Assembly: GCA_947632405.1 (NCBI GenBank)
Contig: CANRPE010000001.1
Coordinates: 42,095-106,094 of the forward strand
DNA: 64,000 bases
Source of the DNA: an uncultured Bacilli bacterium
GTDB lineage: Bacteria; Bacillota_I; Bacilli_A; RF39; UBA660
Direction of reading: 5' to 3'
The translations under genes were made by a program, and so were the position numbers. This document shows, in pieces, positions 51,563 to 61,274 of the stretch; the stretch's first letter is position 1, and each line of letters opens with the position of its first letter. Under the pieces are notes generated by a model, which ran no database searches, was not told the DNA's origin, and was given only the letters and a program-made list of their open reading frames with translations.

Positions 51563-52630
51563 ATGATGATAGAGCGTCTAGAAGCAACATTACAGAAGTA
51601 TCAACATATAGAACAAGAACTTACTAAAGAAGAAGTTCTTAGTGATATAACAAAAACAAAAGAATATTCAAAAGAATTAGCTGCCTTAGAAGATACTGTA
51701 AACTGTTATAAGAAATATAAAAAAGTAATAAGTGATATTCAAGAAGCAGAGGAAATGGTTAAAGATCCTGAACTTTCTGAATTTGCTAAAGAAGAACTTA
51801 AATCATTAACAGATCAAAAAGAAAAATTAGAACAAGAATTAGAAATTTTACTTTTACCAAAAGATCCAAATGATTCTAAAAATGTTGTAATAGAAATTCG
51901 TGGTGCAGCAGGTGGCGATGAAGCTAATATTTTTGCAGGAGATTTATTTAGAATGTACACAAGATACGCAGAAAGAAAAGGCTTTAGTTATAATGTTTAT
52001 AACTCTATTGAAGGAACAGCAGGAGGATTTAGTCAAATAGAATTTATAATAAAAGGAGAAGGAGCTTACTCTTTATTAAAATATGAAAGTGGCTCTCATA
52101 GAGTTCAAAGAGTTCCTGTTACTGAATCTAATGGAAGACTCCAAACTTCAACTGCTACAGTTCTAGTAATGCCTGAAGTAGATGACGATGTTGATATTGT
52201 AATTAATCCAAATGATTTACGAATCGATATTTATCGTTCTAGTGGTTGTGGTGGTCAAGGAGTAAACACAACTGACTCAGCAGTTCGAATTACGCATCTT
52301 CCTACTAATACAGTAGTAACTTGTCAAAATGAACGAAGCCAAATTCAAAATAAAGAGCAAGCAATGAAAGTTCTAAAAGCACGCCTTTATGAACAACAAT
52401 TACAAAAACAAGAAGAAGAACAAGGCATGATGCGAAGAAGTAAAATTGGTACAGGAGATCGTGCTGAAAAAATAAGGACTTATAATTATCCACAAAATAG
52501 AGTAACAGATCATAGAATAGGCTTTACAACTAAACAACTAGATCGAGTAATAGATGGTGATTTAGATGATATAATTAATGCCTTAATAACAGAAGATCAA
52601 AAACGTAAAATGGAAGGTTCATCAGAATAA
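51563..52630 (+). CDS. prfA: peptide chain release factor 1
   Basis: A GGQ motif (SGCGGQGVNTTDSAVRITHLPT), in the prfA-prmC context. Confidence 0.9.
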   Translation: MMIERLEATLQKYQHIEQELTKEEVLSDITKTKEYSKELAALEDTVNCYKKYKKVISDIQEAEEMVKDPELSEFAKEELKSLTDQKEKLEQELEILLLPKDPNDSKNVVIEIRGAAGGDEANIFAGDLFRMYTRYAERKGFSYNVYNSIEGTAGGFSQIEFIIKGEGAYSLLKYESGSHRVQRVPVTESNGRLQTSTATVLVMPEVDDDVDIVINPNDLRIDIYRSSGCGGQGVNTTDSAVRITHLPTNTVVTCQNERSQIQNKEQAMKVLKARLYEQQLQKQEEEQGMMRRSKIGTGDRAEKIRTYNYPQNRVTDHRIGFTTKQLDRVIDGDLDDIINALITEDQKRKMEGSSE

Positions 52631-52678
52631 ATTTATAATATTATTTAATTATTTAAAATATTGGAGTAAGGAGAAATT

Positions 52679-53497
52679 ATGCTAGTAGATGATTTAATCA
52701 TATATGGAAAACAATATTGTCATTCCAATCATGTAAAATTATTATTAAGTGATTTATTAAATCTTAATCCTTTGGAATTATTAAATCATTTACATGATTA
52801 TGTAGAAGAAGAAAAATGCAATTTTTTTAAAAAAGAAATTCAAGCATTAAGGGATGGTAAACCACTTCAATATGTAATTGGTAATGTTAATTTTTATGGT
52901 AATAAATTTATAATAAATGAAAATGTATTAATACCAAGATTTGAAACAGAAGAATTAGTTGAAAATACAATTAGATATATTAAAGAAATCTTTAACAATA
53001 AAGTAAAAATTCTTGATATAGGTTGTGGTAGTGGAGTAATTGGTTTAACTTTAAAACAAAAGTTTCCAACTAGTGAAGTAGATTTATTAGATATTTCAAA
53101 AGAAGCTTTAGAAGTTTCTATGAAAAATGCCAAAGAATTAAATTTAGAAGTTAATTTTATAGAAAGTGATACTTTTCCAACAGAATCTAAAAAATATGAT
53201 GTTATTATCAGTAATCCACCTTATATTAAAGAAACAGAAGAAATAGAAGAAATTGTAAAAAATAATGAACCATCTCTAGCTTTATATGCAGGAATAGATG
53301 GACTAGATATTTATCGAAAAATATTTAAAAATATTTCAAAATATATGGCAGAAAGATGCCTAATAGCTTTAGAAATAGGTATGAGTCAAAAAGATGAAGT
53401 AATAGCTTTAGCTAAAGAGGCTTTAGGTGATATTATTATTACAGCTAAAAAAGATTTATCCCAAAAAGATAGAATGATTTTTATTTTAAAAAAATGA
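52679..53497 (+). CDS. prmC: release factor glutamine methyltransferase PrmC/HemK
   Basis: An NPPY motif and the SAM-binding motif DIGCGSG. Confidence 0.9.
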   Translation: MLVDDLIIYGKQYCHSNHVKLLLSDLLNLNPLELLNHLHDYVEEEKCNFFKKEIQALRDGKPLQYVIGNVNFYGNKFIINENVLIPRFETEELVENTIRYIKEIFNNKVKILDIGCGSGVIGLTLKQKFPTSEVDLLDISKEALEVSMKNAKELNLEVNFIESDTFPTESKKYDVIISNPPYIKETEEIEEIVKNNEPSLALYAGIDGLDIYRKIFKNISKYMAERCLIALEIGMSQKDEVIALAKEALGDIIITAKKDLSQKDRMIFILKK

Positions 53498-53535
53498 ATA
53501 AATAAATACTTAGAAAACCACTATGATAATGAAAG

Positions 53536-54072
53536 GTGGTTTTTATTATGAAAAAGATAATGATATTATTATGTATATGTGTAATAATGATTTCTTTAAA
53601 TAAAGAAAAGAACGAAGTACTTATTCCTGATGAAGCAATTAGATTTAGAGTAATAGCTAATAGTAATCAAGCAAAAGATCAACAAGAAAAGAAAAAAATA
53701 GCTAAACAATTATCATCTGATATTGAAAAAGTATTAACTAAAACAAAATCTATATCAGAAGCAAGAAAAACTTTACAGAATAATATTTCTCATTTTGAAG
53801 AATGTATCAAAAAAATAGAAACAGAAGATCAATATTATGAAAAGATTAATATAGATTATGGTAATCATTATTTTCCTCAAAAAGAATATAAAGGAGTTAC
53901 TTATAAAGAAGGAGAATATGAATCTCTTGTTGTAACACTTGGGCAAGGGCAAGGAGAAAATTTTTGGTGCGTGTTATTTCCACCCCTATGTTTATTAGAA
54001 GCAGATGAACAAGAAACAGACGAAATAAAATATAGCTCCTTTATAAAAGAACTAATCGATAAGTATTTTTAA
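53536..54072 (+). CDS. spoIIR: SpoIIR-like stage II sporulation signalling protein
   Basis: A signal peptide followed by IRFRVIANSNQAKDQQEKKKIAKQL, which matches the SpoIIR IRLHVxANSDS block. Confidence 0.6.
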   Translation: MVFIMKKIMILLCICVIMISLNKEKNEVLIPDEAIRFRVIANSNQAKDQQEKKKIAKQLSSDIEKVLTKTKSISEARKTLQNNISHFEECIKKIETEDQYYEKINIDYGNHYFPQKEYKGVTYKEGEYESLVVTLGQGQGENFWCVLFPPLCLLEADEQETDEIKYSSFIKELIDKYF

Positions 54073-54106
54073 GAAATTAATATAATAAAATATAAAAGGT
54101 GATACT

Positions 54107-54646
54107 ATGTCCTTTATTTTATTATATTTTTTTATGGCAATTGGTTTAAGTATGGATGCTTTTTCTTTATCTATTGTCTATGGAACTAATAAAATCGAAA
54201 ATAAAAAAATAATTATTTTAAGTACTTTAGTAGGAATTCTTCATTTTATTATGCCTAATCTTGGAAATATATTAGGAAAAAGCTTTTTACATGGTTTTAT
54301 TTTATATGGAGATATAATTACAGGAAGTGTATTTTTAATCTTAGGAATACAAATGATATTATCATTAAAAGAAGAAGGAGAAATTTATGAATTAAAAAAT
54401 TATTTTGAATTATTTTTATTTGCTCTTGCTGTAGCAATTGATAGTTTTTCAGTTGGTATTGCTCTAAGTTTAAAAAATCATAATTTAATTTTAGCGGGTA
54501 GTATTTTTGCTATTATTAGCTTCTTTTTCACAATAACAGGATTATTTTTAGGTAAAATTTTAAGTAATAAAACAGGTAAAAATAGTAAGATTTTAGGAAT
54601 TATAATATTATTTATCTTTGCTTTTAAATATCTTTTAGGAATATAA
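54107..54646 (+). CDS. mntP: manganese efflux pump MntP
   Basis: Two DUF204 repeats with DAFSLSI and DSFSVGI; 179 aa and 6 TM segments. Confidence 0.8.
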   Translation: MSFILLYFFMAIGLSMDAFSLSIVYGTNKIENKKIIILSTLVGILHFIMPNLGNILGKSFLHGFILYGDIITGSVFLILGIQMILSLKEEGEIYELKNYFELFLFALAVAIDSFSVGIALSLKNHNLILAGSIFAIISFFFTITGLFLGKILSNKTGKNSKILGIIILFIFAFKYLLGI

Positions 54647-54752
54647 TTGACGAAAATACATATTTTTTCTATAATTATTTCAGGTGAGTTATTATTTGTA
54701 ACTACTTTCATAATTAGTAATAAAATATAAAGAACAAGTAGTGAGGTATAAA

Positions 54753-56006
54753 ATGAAAGCATTAGAAATAAATGGAAATCATGAATTATCAGGAACAATT
54801 AGGATAAGTGGTGCTAAAAATGCATGTGTAGCAATTCTGCCTGCGGCAATATTAGCAGATGAAGAAGTAACAATTTGTAATATTCCTGAACTTACTGATA
54901 CAGATGCTCTATGTGAGATTTTACAATCATTAAATGTAGAAGTAAAAAGAGCAAGTGAAAGTATTATTATAGATCCTTCAAAGATGAAAAATACTGAAAT
55001 TACAGAAAACTATTCTAAAAAACTAAGAGCATCCTATTATTTTATGGGAGCATTACTTGGAAAATATAAAAAAGCTGCAATGTATTTTCCTGGAGGTTGT
55101 TCTATAGGAGCAAGACCAATAAATTTACATTTAAAAGGTTTTGAAGCCTTAGGTGCAACAGTAACAAATGATAAAAATAAATATATTGTTGAGGCACAGG
55201 AACTAAAAGGAGCAAATATATATCTAGATTTTGCTTCAGTAGGAGCTACAATTAATATTATGTTAGCAGCAGTAAAAGCAAAAGGTAAAACAATAATTGA
55301 TAATGCTGCAAGAGAACCAGAAATAGTTAATATAGCTACATTTTTAAATAACATGGGTGCAAAGATAACAGGAGCAGGAACTTCTACTATTAAAATAGAA
55401 GGAGTTGAATATCTTCATACCTGTTTTCATGAAATAATCCCAGATCGTATTGAAGCTGGAACATACACTATTATTGGAGCACTATGTGGCAACAGATTAA
55501 AAATAGATAATATTATTCCAGAACATTTAGATTCTTTAATATCAAAATTAGAAGAAATAGGAGTAGATATAGAAATAGGAGCAGATTATTTAATTGTAAC
55601 TAAAAAGGAAAACTATAAACCAACTAAAATAGAAACAGCTGTATATCCTGGATTTCCCACAGACTTGCAACAACCTTTGACAGTATTACTGACACAATGT
55701 AATGGTAAAAGCAAGGTTATAGAAACTATCTGGGAAAATAGATTTATGCATATTCCTCATTTAAATAATTTAGGAGCAGATATAACAGTAAAAAATCAAA
55801 CAGCAACCATAATAGGTCCAACAAAATTAAAAGGAACAAAAGTAATAGCAACAGATTTGCGTGCAGGAGCAGCCATGATAGCAGCTGCCTTAATATCAGA
55901 AGGAACAACAGTTATTATCAATATTGAACATATCCTAAGAGGCTATGAAAATATAGTAGAAAAACTAAAAGATGTTGGTGCTAAAATAGAGAATAAAGAA
56001 ATATAA
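54753..56006 (+). CDS. murA: UDP-N-acetylglucosamine 1-carboxyvinyltransferase
   Basis: MKALEINGNHELSGTIRISGAKNA with an active-site Cys (GGCSIGARP). The ATG at 54753 follows a GTGAGGT Shine-Dalgarno. Confidence 0.9.
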   Translation: MKALEINGNHELSGTIRISGAKNACVAILPAAILADEEVTICNIPELTDTDALCEILQSLNVEVKRASESIIIDPSKMKNTEITENYSKKLRASYYFMGALLGKYKKAAMYFPGGCSIGARPINLHLKGFEALGATVTNDKNKYIVEAQELKGANIYLDFASVGATINIMLAAVKAKGKTIIDNAAREPEIVNIATFLNNMGAKITGAGTSTIKIEGVEYLHTCFHEIIPDRIEAGTYTIIGALCGNRLKIDNIIPEHLDSLISKLEEIGVDIEIGADYLIVTKKENYKPTKIETAVYPGFPTDLQQPLTVLLTQCNGKSKVIETIWENRFMHIPHLNNLGADITVKNQTATIIGPTKLKGTKVIATDLRAGAAMIAAALISEGTTVIINIEHILRGYENIVEKLKDVGAKIENKEI

Positions 56007-56042
56007 TAATTATATAGCTTTATTCTTTTTTTTGGAGGCATA

Positions 56043-56753
56043 ATGAAAAAATATTTAAAAATAATTTTTCTATTTATAATAATTATTGCTATTTATATTA
56101 TCTATAATCAAGAAAATAAAACAAAGATTACTTATATTTCAATAGGCGATGGTTTTGCTGTTGGTTTAAATTCATATCAAGAACCATCATATGGATATGA
56201 TGATTATTTAAAAGATGAACTTAGTCAAAAAAATCTCTTAAATAACTATTATTCATCTTTTTCTTATAATGATATGAGAATAAGTGATTTGCATAAAGAT
56301 TTACTATTAAATGCACATGATGAAGACAATAATAATATTAGACAAGCATTAAGAGAATCAAATCTTTTAACTATCTCTGTTGGAATAAATGACTTAATTT
56401 ATCAAATGACTATAAATTCACCTCTTACAGAAACAAATATAAATAAAATATTAACAGAAATTGTGGATAATTTGGCTATCACTATCGATGAAATTAAACA
56501 TTATTATAAAAATGATATCTATTTAGTAGGTTATTACAATTTTTATCCACATAATTCTGTGGAAAGAAAAATTTTAGATAAATTAAATAGTGAATATAAG
56601 GAATATTGTACTAAAAATAATATCTATTTTGTGGATAATGAAAATTTAAATTCAAATTTAGATCAATATTTAGATAATCCTAATAGTATTTACCCAAATG
56701 TAAGAGGCTATAAAAAAATTTATTCAAATATATCTTCTAAATTAAATTATTGA
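56043..56753 (+). CDS. SGNH/GDSL-fold protein, membrane-anchored, with catalytic residues apparently substituted
   Basis: An N-terminal TM. Block I reads IGDGF (Ser replaced by Gly), block III is GIND, and the block V-like segment SIYPN has Tyr where His is expected. Confidence 0.45.
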   Translation: MKKYLKIIFLFIIIIAIYIIYNQENKTKITYISIGDGFAVGLNSYQEPSYGYDDYLKDELSQKNLLNNYYSSFSYNDMRISDLHKDLLLNAHDEDNNNIRQALRESNLLTISVGINDLIYQMTINSPLTETNINKILTEIVDNLAITIDEIKHYYKNDIYLVGYYNFYPHNSVERKILDKLNSEYKEYCTKNNIYFVDNENLNSNLDQYLDNPNSIYPNVRGYKKIYSNISSKLNY

Positions 56754-56819
56754 TATAATCTTTTTTTATGACATTCTAAGATTTGCAAAGAATAAAATTT
56801 TGTGCTATAATAAGGAACA

Positions 56820-57227
56820 TTGGAGAGAGATGAGATGACATTAACATTAGGAGAATTTATATTTACAATCATTGATTATGAAGAAGTATCAGTATTACCT
56901 AATAATATTGCAGTAGGTAATGTATTAAAAGTACGTATTAAAGGTGATATTAGTAAAGATAATGAAGAAGGTGGATATTTATATTTACCAAAGGGAACAA
57001 AAATATTACCTCATAAGCATATTGATGATAGTTAAACATACGAGGTAATATATGGTAGAGTAATAATAAATGGAGAAGAAGTAAATAACAATATATGTGT
57101 ACCCGGAGAAGAACATTCAATTGATAGGGTTATAGAACCATCTTTAATTAAATATCATAAAACAAAAGTGTTAAGAAAAGACAAAAAAACAAGTGAAAAT
57201 CCTAAATGTTACAAAAAAACTTGCTAA
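56820..57227 (+). pseudogene. cupin-domain gene interrupted by an in-frame TAA (57033-57035)
   Basis: The track ORF ends ...LPHKHIDDS*. The same frame continues TYEVIYGRVIINGEEVNNNICVPGEEHSIDRV... to a stop at 57225-57227. Together these reconstitute cupin motif 1 (HxH...E...G) and motif 2 (PGxxH), split by the stop. Confidence 0.6.
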
Positions 57228-57305
57228 AAGTTTGAAAACTTGTTATACTAATAACGCATTGAATTACTATGACTTAAAAAAGTCATGGCGGAAGGAGAGA
57301 AGAAT

Positions 57306-57524
57306 ATGAAAGTAGGAATACATCCAGAATATATGGATTGTACAGTTACTTGTGCATGTGGAGAAACATTTAAAACAAAATCAAATAAACCTGAAATTAA
57401 TGTAGAAGTTTGTTCAAAATGTCATCCTTTTTATACTGGAAAGCAAAGAGGAGCATCACGCGCAGGTCGTGTAGATAAATTTAATAAAAAATATGGATTT
57501 ACTCAAGATGAAACAGCTGCTTAA
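57306..57524 (+). CDS. rpmE: 50S ribosomal protein L31 (zinc-ribbon type)
   Basis: MKVGIHPEY with the CxxC...CxxC pairs intact. A GGAAGGAG Shine-Dalgarno lies upstream, and the upstream in-frame extension in the track is probably spurious. A candidate promoter TTGCTA-17-TATACT and a leader hairpin ATGACTT/AAGTCAT precede it. Confidence 0.85.
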   Translation: MKVGIHPEYMDCTVTCACGETFKTKSNKPEINVEVCSKCHPFYTGKQRGASRAGRVDKFNKKYGFTQDETAA

Positions 57525-57593
57525 TAAGCAGTTGTTTTATTGATTTCTACTAAAAATAATATTATAATTATATAAAATAAAGGAGGAATTAGT

Positions 57594-58040
57594 ATGGTAA
57601 TTGCTATTGCAAGCGATCATCGAGGAGTTGAATATAAAAAAGAAATAATAAATTATTTAACAACAAAGAATTATCAAATACTAGATTGTAGTAAAGAAAA
57701 TACTCCAACAGATGATTATCCAGATTTTGCATTTAAAGTTTGTGATAAAGTAGTAAATAAAGAAGCAGATATAGGAATATTAGTATGTCGAACAGGTATA
57801 GGAATGTCAATTGCTGCTAATAAAGTAAAAGGAATTAGATGCGCTAAAATAAATTCTGTAGAAGATGCTATTTTAAGTAGAAATGATAATGGAGCAAATG
57901 TAATGACTTTTAATTATACAGATAATATGGAAGATATAAAAAAATATATTGATGCTTTTATAAATGCAGAAGTAATTAATGATGAAAGACACCAAAGAAG
58001 GGTAAATAAAATAATAAAATACGAGGAAGAACATCTATGA
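57594..58040 (+). CDS. rpiB: ribose-5-phosphate isomerase B (RpiB/LacAB family)
   Basis: 148 aa beginning MVIAIASDHRGVEYK. Confidence 0.85.
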   Translation: MVIAIASDHRGVEYKKEIINYLTTKNYQILDCSKENTPTDDYPDFAFKVCDKVVNKEADIGILVCRTGIGMSIAANKVKGIRCAKINSVEDAILSRNDNGANVMTFNYTDNMEDIKKYIDAFINAEVINDERHQRRVNKIIKYEEEHL

Positions 58041-58234
58041 CAGGTAAATTTTTCTTATATATTATAGTAACTATATTAGTAATTTGGGCAATGGATTCAA
58101 TTAATATTAATCAAATTTTTAAAAAAAATAAAATAATTCAAGCAAGATTATTTTACTTTTTTCTGGGAATTTCTCTTATTTATTTAGTTACAAACTTTTT
58201 TATGGATTTATTTAATTCTATAAATTTTTTTTAA
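58037..58234 (+). CDS. small two-TM membrane protein
   Basis: 65 aa, hydrophobic, translationally coupled to rpiB. Confidence 0.35.
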   Translation: MTGKFFLYIIVTILVIWAMDSININQIFKKNKIIQARLFYFFLGISLIYLVTNFFMDLFNSINFF

Positions 58235-58278
58235 AAAAAGTATAAATCTTTTTTTTTGGTTCAAACTTTTAATGAGGT

Positions 58279-58924
58279 GAAGAAAATGAAAAAAAGATTA
58301 AGACTAAAATCTTATATAATTCCATGTCTATATGTTGTATTATTTTCATCTATTATCATAGGCGCTGCATTAATTACAAAAACATTAAAATCAACTGAAG
58401 AAATAATTCCACCAGATTATACTTATGTTTCAAGTATTATTCTGAGTAAAGATATTCCTGTACTAAATGAAACAGTAAAAATGTTAAAACCATATACAAA
58501 TGAAAATGTTAAAGTAGGAAAATCTTTTTATGATTATAAGGCAGAAAGCAAACAACAAGAAAATGCTATTACTTATTATAATGGTAGTTATATTCAAAAT
58601 TCAGGAATTGATTATACTTTAGATGATAAATTTGATGTAGTAGCAGTATTAAGTGGTACAGTAGTTAATGTAAAACAAGATGATATTTTAGGAAATGTAG
58701 TAGAAATTAAACATGATAATAATTATATTACAACATATCAAAGTTTAGGTGAAGTGTCTGTAAAAAAAGATGATATGGTAACTCAAGGACAAGTTATTGG
58801 AAAAAGTGGTTCAAACAAACTAGATAAAGATATGGGAAATCATTTACATTTTGAAGTATATGTAGATGGTCAAGTAGTAGATCCAAATCTTTATGTAGAT
58901 AAAGAAATAAAAAAGGGGCAATAA
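58279..58924 (+). CDS. membrane-anchored M23/LytM-domain protein (SpoIIQ-like position next to mreB)
   Basis: An N-terminal TM and a C-terminal LytM domain retaining HLHFEV. The ATG at 58279 follows a GAGGTGA Shine-Dalgarno. Confidence 0.65.
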
Positions 58925-59067
58925 TATGTCTTTTTTTTTGAAATTTTAGCATAATATTAACTAAAGATTTTTATTTATTTAAGAAACTTACAAAAAAATT
59001 AAAAAAAAACTATAAAACTTTAAAAATATGGTAAAATATATAATGATTAGAAAAGGAAGTGATTTTG

Positions 59068-60060
59068 ATGTTATCAAAAGATATAGGAATTGATTTAGGA
59101 ACAGCAAATGTATTAATATACATCAAAGGTCAAGGTATTGTATTAAATGAACCTAGTATTGTTGCAATTGATACGGAAACAAAAAAAGTAATTGCTGTAG
59201 GAACAGAAGCAAATGAAATGTTAGGTAGAACACCAGGAAAAGTACGTGCTATTAAACCTATGAAAGATGGAGTAATAGCAGATTTTGAAGTTACTGAAAT
59301 AATGTTAAATTCATTTATAAAAAAAGTTAAAGCAAAATCATTTTTAACAAGACCAAGAATTTTAATTTGTTGTCCTTCCAATATTACTCAAGTAGAAAAA
59401 AATGCAATTAAAGAAGCAGCTGAACGAACAGGAGCTAGACGGGTCTTTATTGAAGAAGAACCAAAAGTTGCAGCCATAGGTGCAGGAATGGATATAAGTA
59501 AACCTAGTGCTAATATTGTAATTGATATCGGTGGAGGAACAACAGATATTGCCGTTTTATCTTTAGGAGATATTGTTACTAGTTCTTCTATTAGAGTAGC
59601 AGGAAATGTGTTTGATCATGATATTATTAAATATATTCGTGATAAATATAAGCTACTAATTGGTGAAAGAACTGCTGAAAAAATAAAAATTGATTTTGCA
59701 TGTTGCTATAACCCTGATAAAAAACTAACATTGGATGTAAAAGGAAGAAATTTAATTACAGGTCTTCCTCATATGATTTCTATTACTCAAGCAGAAACAG
59801 AGGAAGCTTTAAGAGAAAGTATTTATAAAATTATAAAGGCAGCAACGACAGTTTTAGAGCAAACACCACCTGAATTATCTGCAGATATTGTAAATAAGGG
59901 AATTGTATTAACTGGTGGAGGAGCAATGTTAAAAGGTTTAACAGATTTGTTAGCAAAAGAATTAGATGTTCCTGTTTTGATAGCAGATTCTCCCCTTACA
60001 TGTGTAGTAGAAGGAACAGGAATTTTATTAGAAAAACCAAATGAATTAGAGGAAGATTAA
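59068..60060 (+). CDS. mreB: rod-shape determining actin homologue MreB/Mbl
   Basis: MLSKDIGIDLGTANVLIY and actin-fold phosphate motifs (DIGGGTTD). Confidence 0.9.
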   Translation: MLSKDIGIDLGTANVLIYIKGQGIVLNEPSIVAIDTETKKVIAVGTEANEMLGRTPGKVRAIKPMKDGVIADFEVTEIMLNSFIKKVKAKSFLTRPRILICCPSNITQVEKNAIKEAAERTGARRVFIEEEPKVAAIGAGMDISKPSANIVIDIGGGTTDIAVLSLGDIVTSSSIRVAGNVFDHDIIKYIRDKYKLLIGERTAEKIKIDFACCYNPDKKLTLDVKGRNLITGLPHMISITQAETEEALRESIYKIIKAATTVLEQTPPELSADIVNKGIVLTGGGAMLKGLTDLLAKELDVPVLIADSPLTCVVEGTGILLEKPNELEED

Positions 60061-60127
60061 TCATAATCTTTTTTTCTTTTCTAAAATATTAAAATTTGGT
60101 ATAATGAAATTGAAGTGAGGATACATT

Positions 60128-61219
60128 ATGAAAAATGAAATTTATAATGCATTAACAATTGTTATAGTAACATTTATATTTTCAGCTATTATTATGCAAT
60201 TAATGAAAAAAGTTGCTTTTCACATAGGAGCTATAGATATTCCTAGAAAAGAAGAAGGACATAGGCATATCCATAAAAAAACAATTCCCAAATTAGGTGG
60301 AGTAGGAATTTATTTAAGTTTTCTTTTTGGATATATGCTTTTTGGAAAAGAAAGTATTCAGATGAATTCAATCTTAATTGGTAGTTTTATTATGATTTTA
60401 GCAGGTATTATAGATGATTTAAAATCAATTAGAGCCTATCAAAAATTACTTTGTCATATTGCGGCAGCATCAGTAATTGTTTTCTATGGAGGAATTTTAT
60501 TAAATAATATTACAGCATTTGGCTTTTCCTTTGATTTTGGAATTTTTGCATATCCTTTAACAATTTTATTTATAGTAGCTTGTTGTAATATTATTAATTT
60601 AATAGATGGTTTAGATGGTTTAAGTGGAGGAATCTGTAGTATTTTCTATTTAACAATAGGAATAATTGGTTTTTATCAAGGTCGTAGTGGCAGTCTTGTT
60701 ATGATTTTAACATTTATCATGTTAGGTTCAACTCTTGGCTTTCTTTTACATAATTTTTATCCAGCAAAGATATTTGCCGGTGATTGTGCTACATTTATGG
60801 GATTTATTATTTCTATTATTACATTATTAGAATTTAAAGGTCCTGCATTAACATCTTTATTTGTACCATTATTATTATTAGGAATTCCAATTTTAGACAC
60901 AGCTTTTGCTATTATTAGAAGAATCCTCAAGAAAAAACCAATTTTTTCAGCAGATAAGGAGCATCTTCATCATCAATTATTAGGAATGAATTTTTCACAA
61001 AGAACAACAGTTTTAATTATATATGGAATGAATCTTTTATTTGCCACGGCATCAATTTTATATACATTAAAAGATCAAGAATTAGGTAAAATTATTTATA
61101 TTATAATATTCTTTATTTTCCTTTGGTTTATTTTACATACTAGTATTATTTCAGATAAAAATCCTAAAATTACTAGAAAAATAGAAGAAAAATTAAAATT
61201 CACAAAAAAAAGTAAATAA
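60128..61219 (+). CDS. tagO: glycosyltransferase family 4 polyprenyl-phosphate sugar-1-phosphate transferase (TagO/WecA/MraY-like)
   Basis: About 10 TM segments with NLIDGLDGL and a D-D carbohydrate-recognition pattern. Confidence 0.75.
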   Translation: MKNEIYNALTIVIVTFIFSAIIMQLMKKVAFHIGAIDIPRKEEGHRHIHKKTIPKLGGVGIYLSFLFGYMLFGKESIQMNSILIGSFIMILAGIIDDLKSIRAYQKLLCHIAAASVIVFYGGILLNNITAFGFSFDFGIFAYPLTILFIVACCNIINLIDGLDGLSGGICSIFYLTIGIIGFYQGRSGSLVMILTFIMLGSTLGFLLHNFYPAKIFAGDCATFMGFIISIITLLEFKGPALTSLFVPLLLLGIPILDTAFAIIRRILKKKPIFSADKEHLHHQLLGMNFSQRTTVLIIYGMNLLFATASILYTLKDQELGKIIYIIIFFIFLWFILHTSIISDKNPKITRKIEEKLKFTKKSK

Positions 61220-61274
61220 GGCAACTTCATTAGAAGTTGCTTTTTGGTTAATAATTCGTCATTTTTGGAAAATT

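Noticed and set aside
54073-54106. A yybP-ykoY manganese riboswitch upstream of mntP.
   Set aside because: The spacer between spoIIR-like and mntP is only about 34 nt, too short for the riboswitch, and I cannot see its conserved helices.
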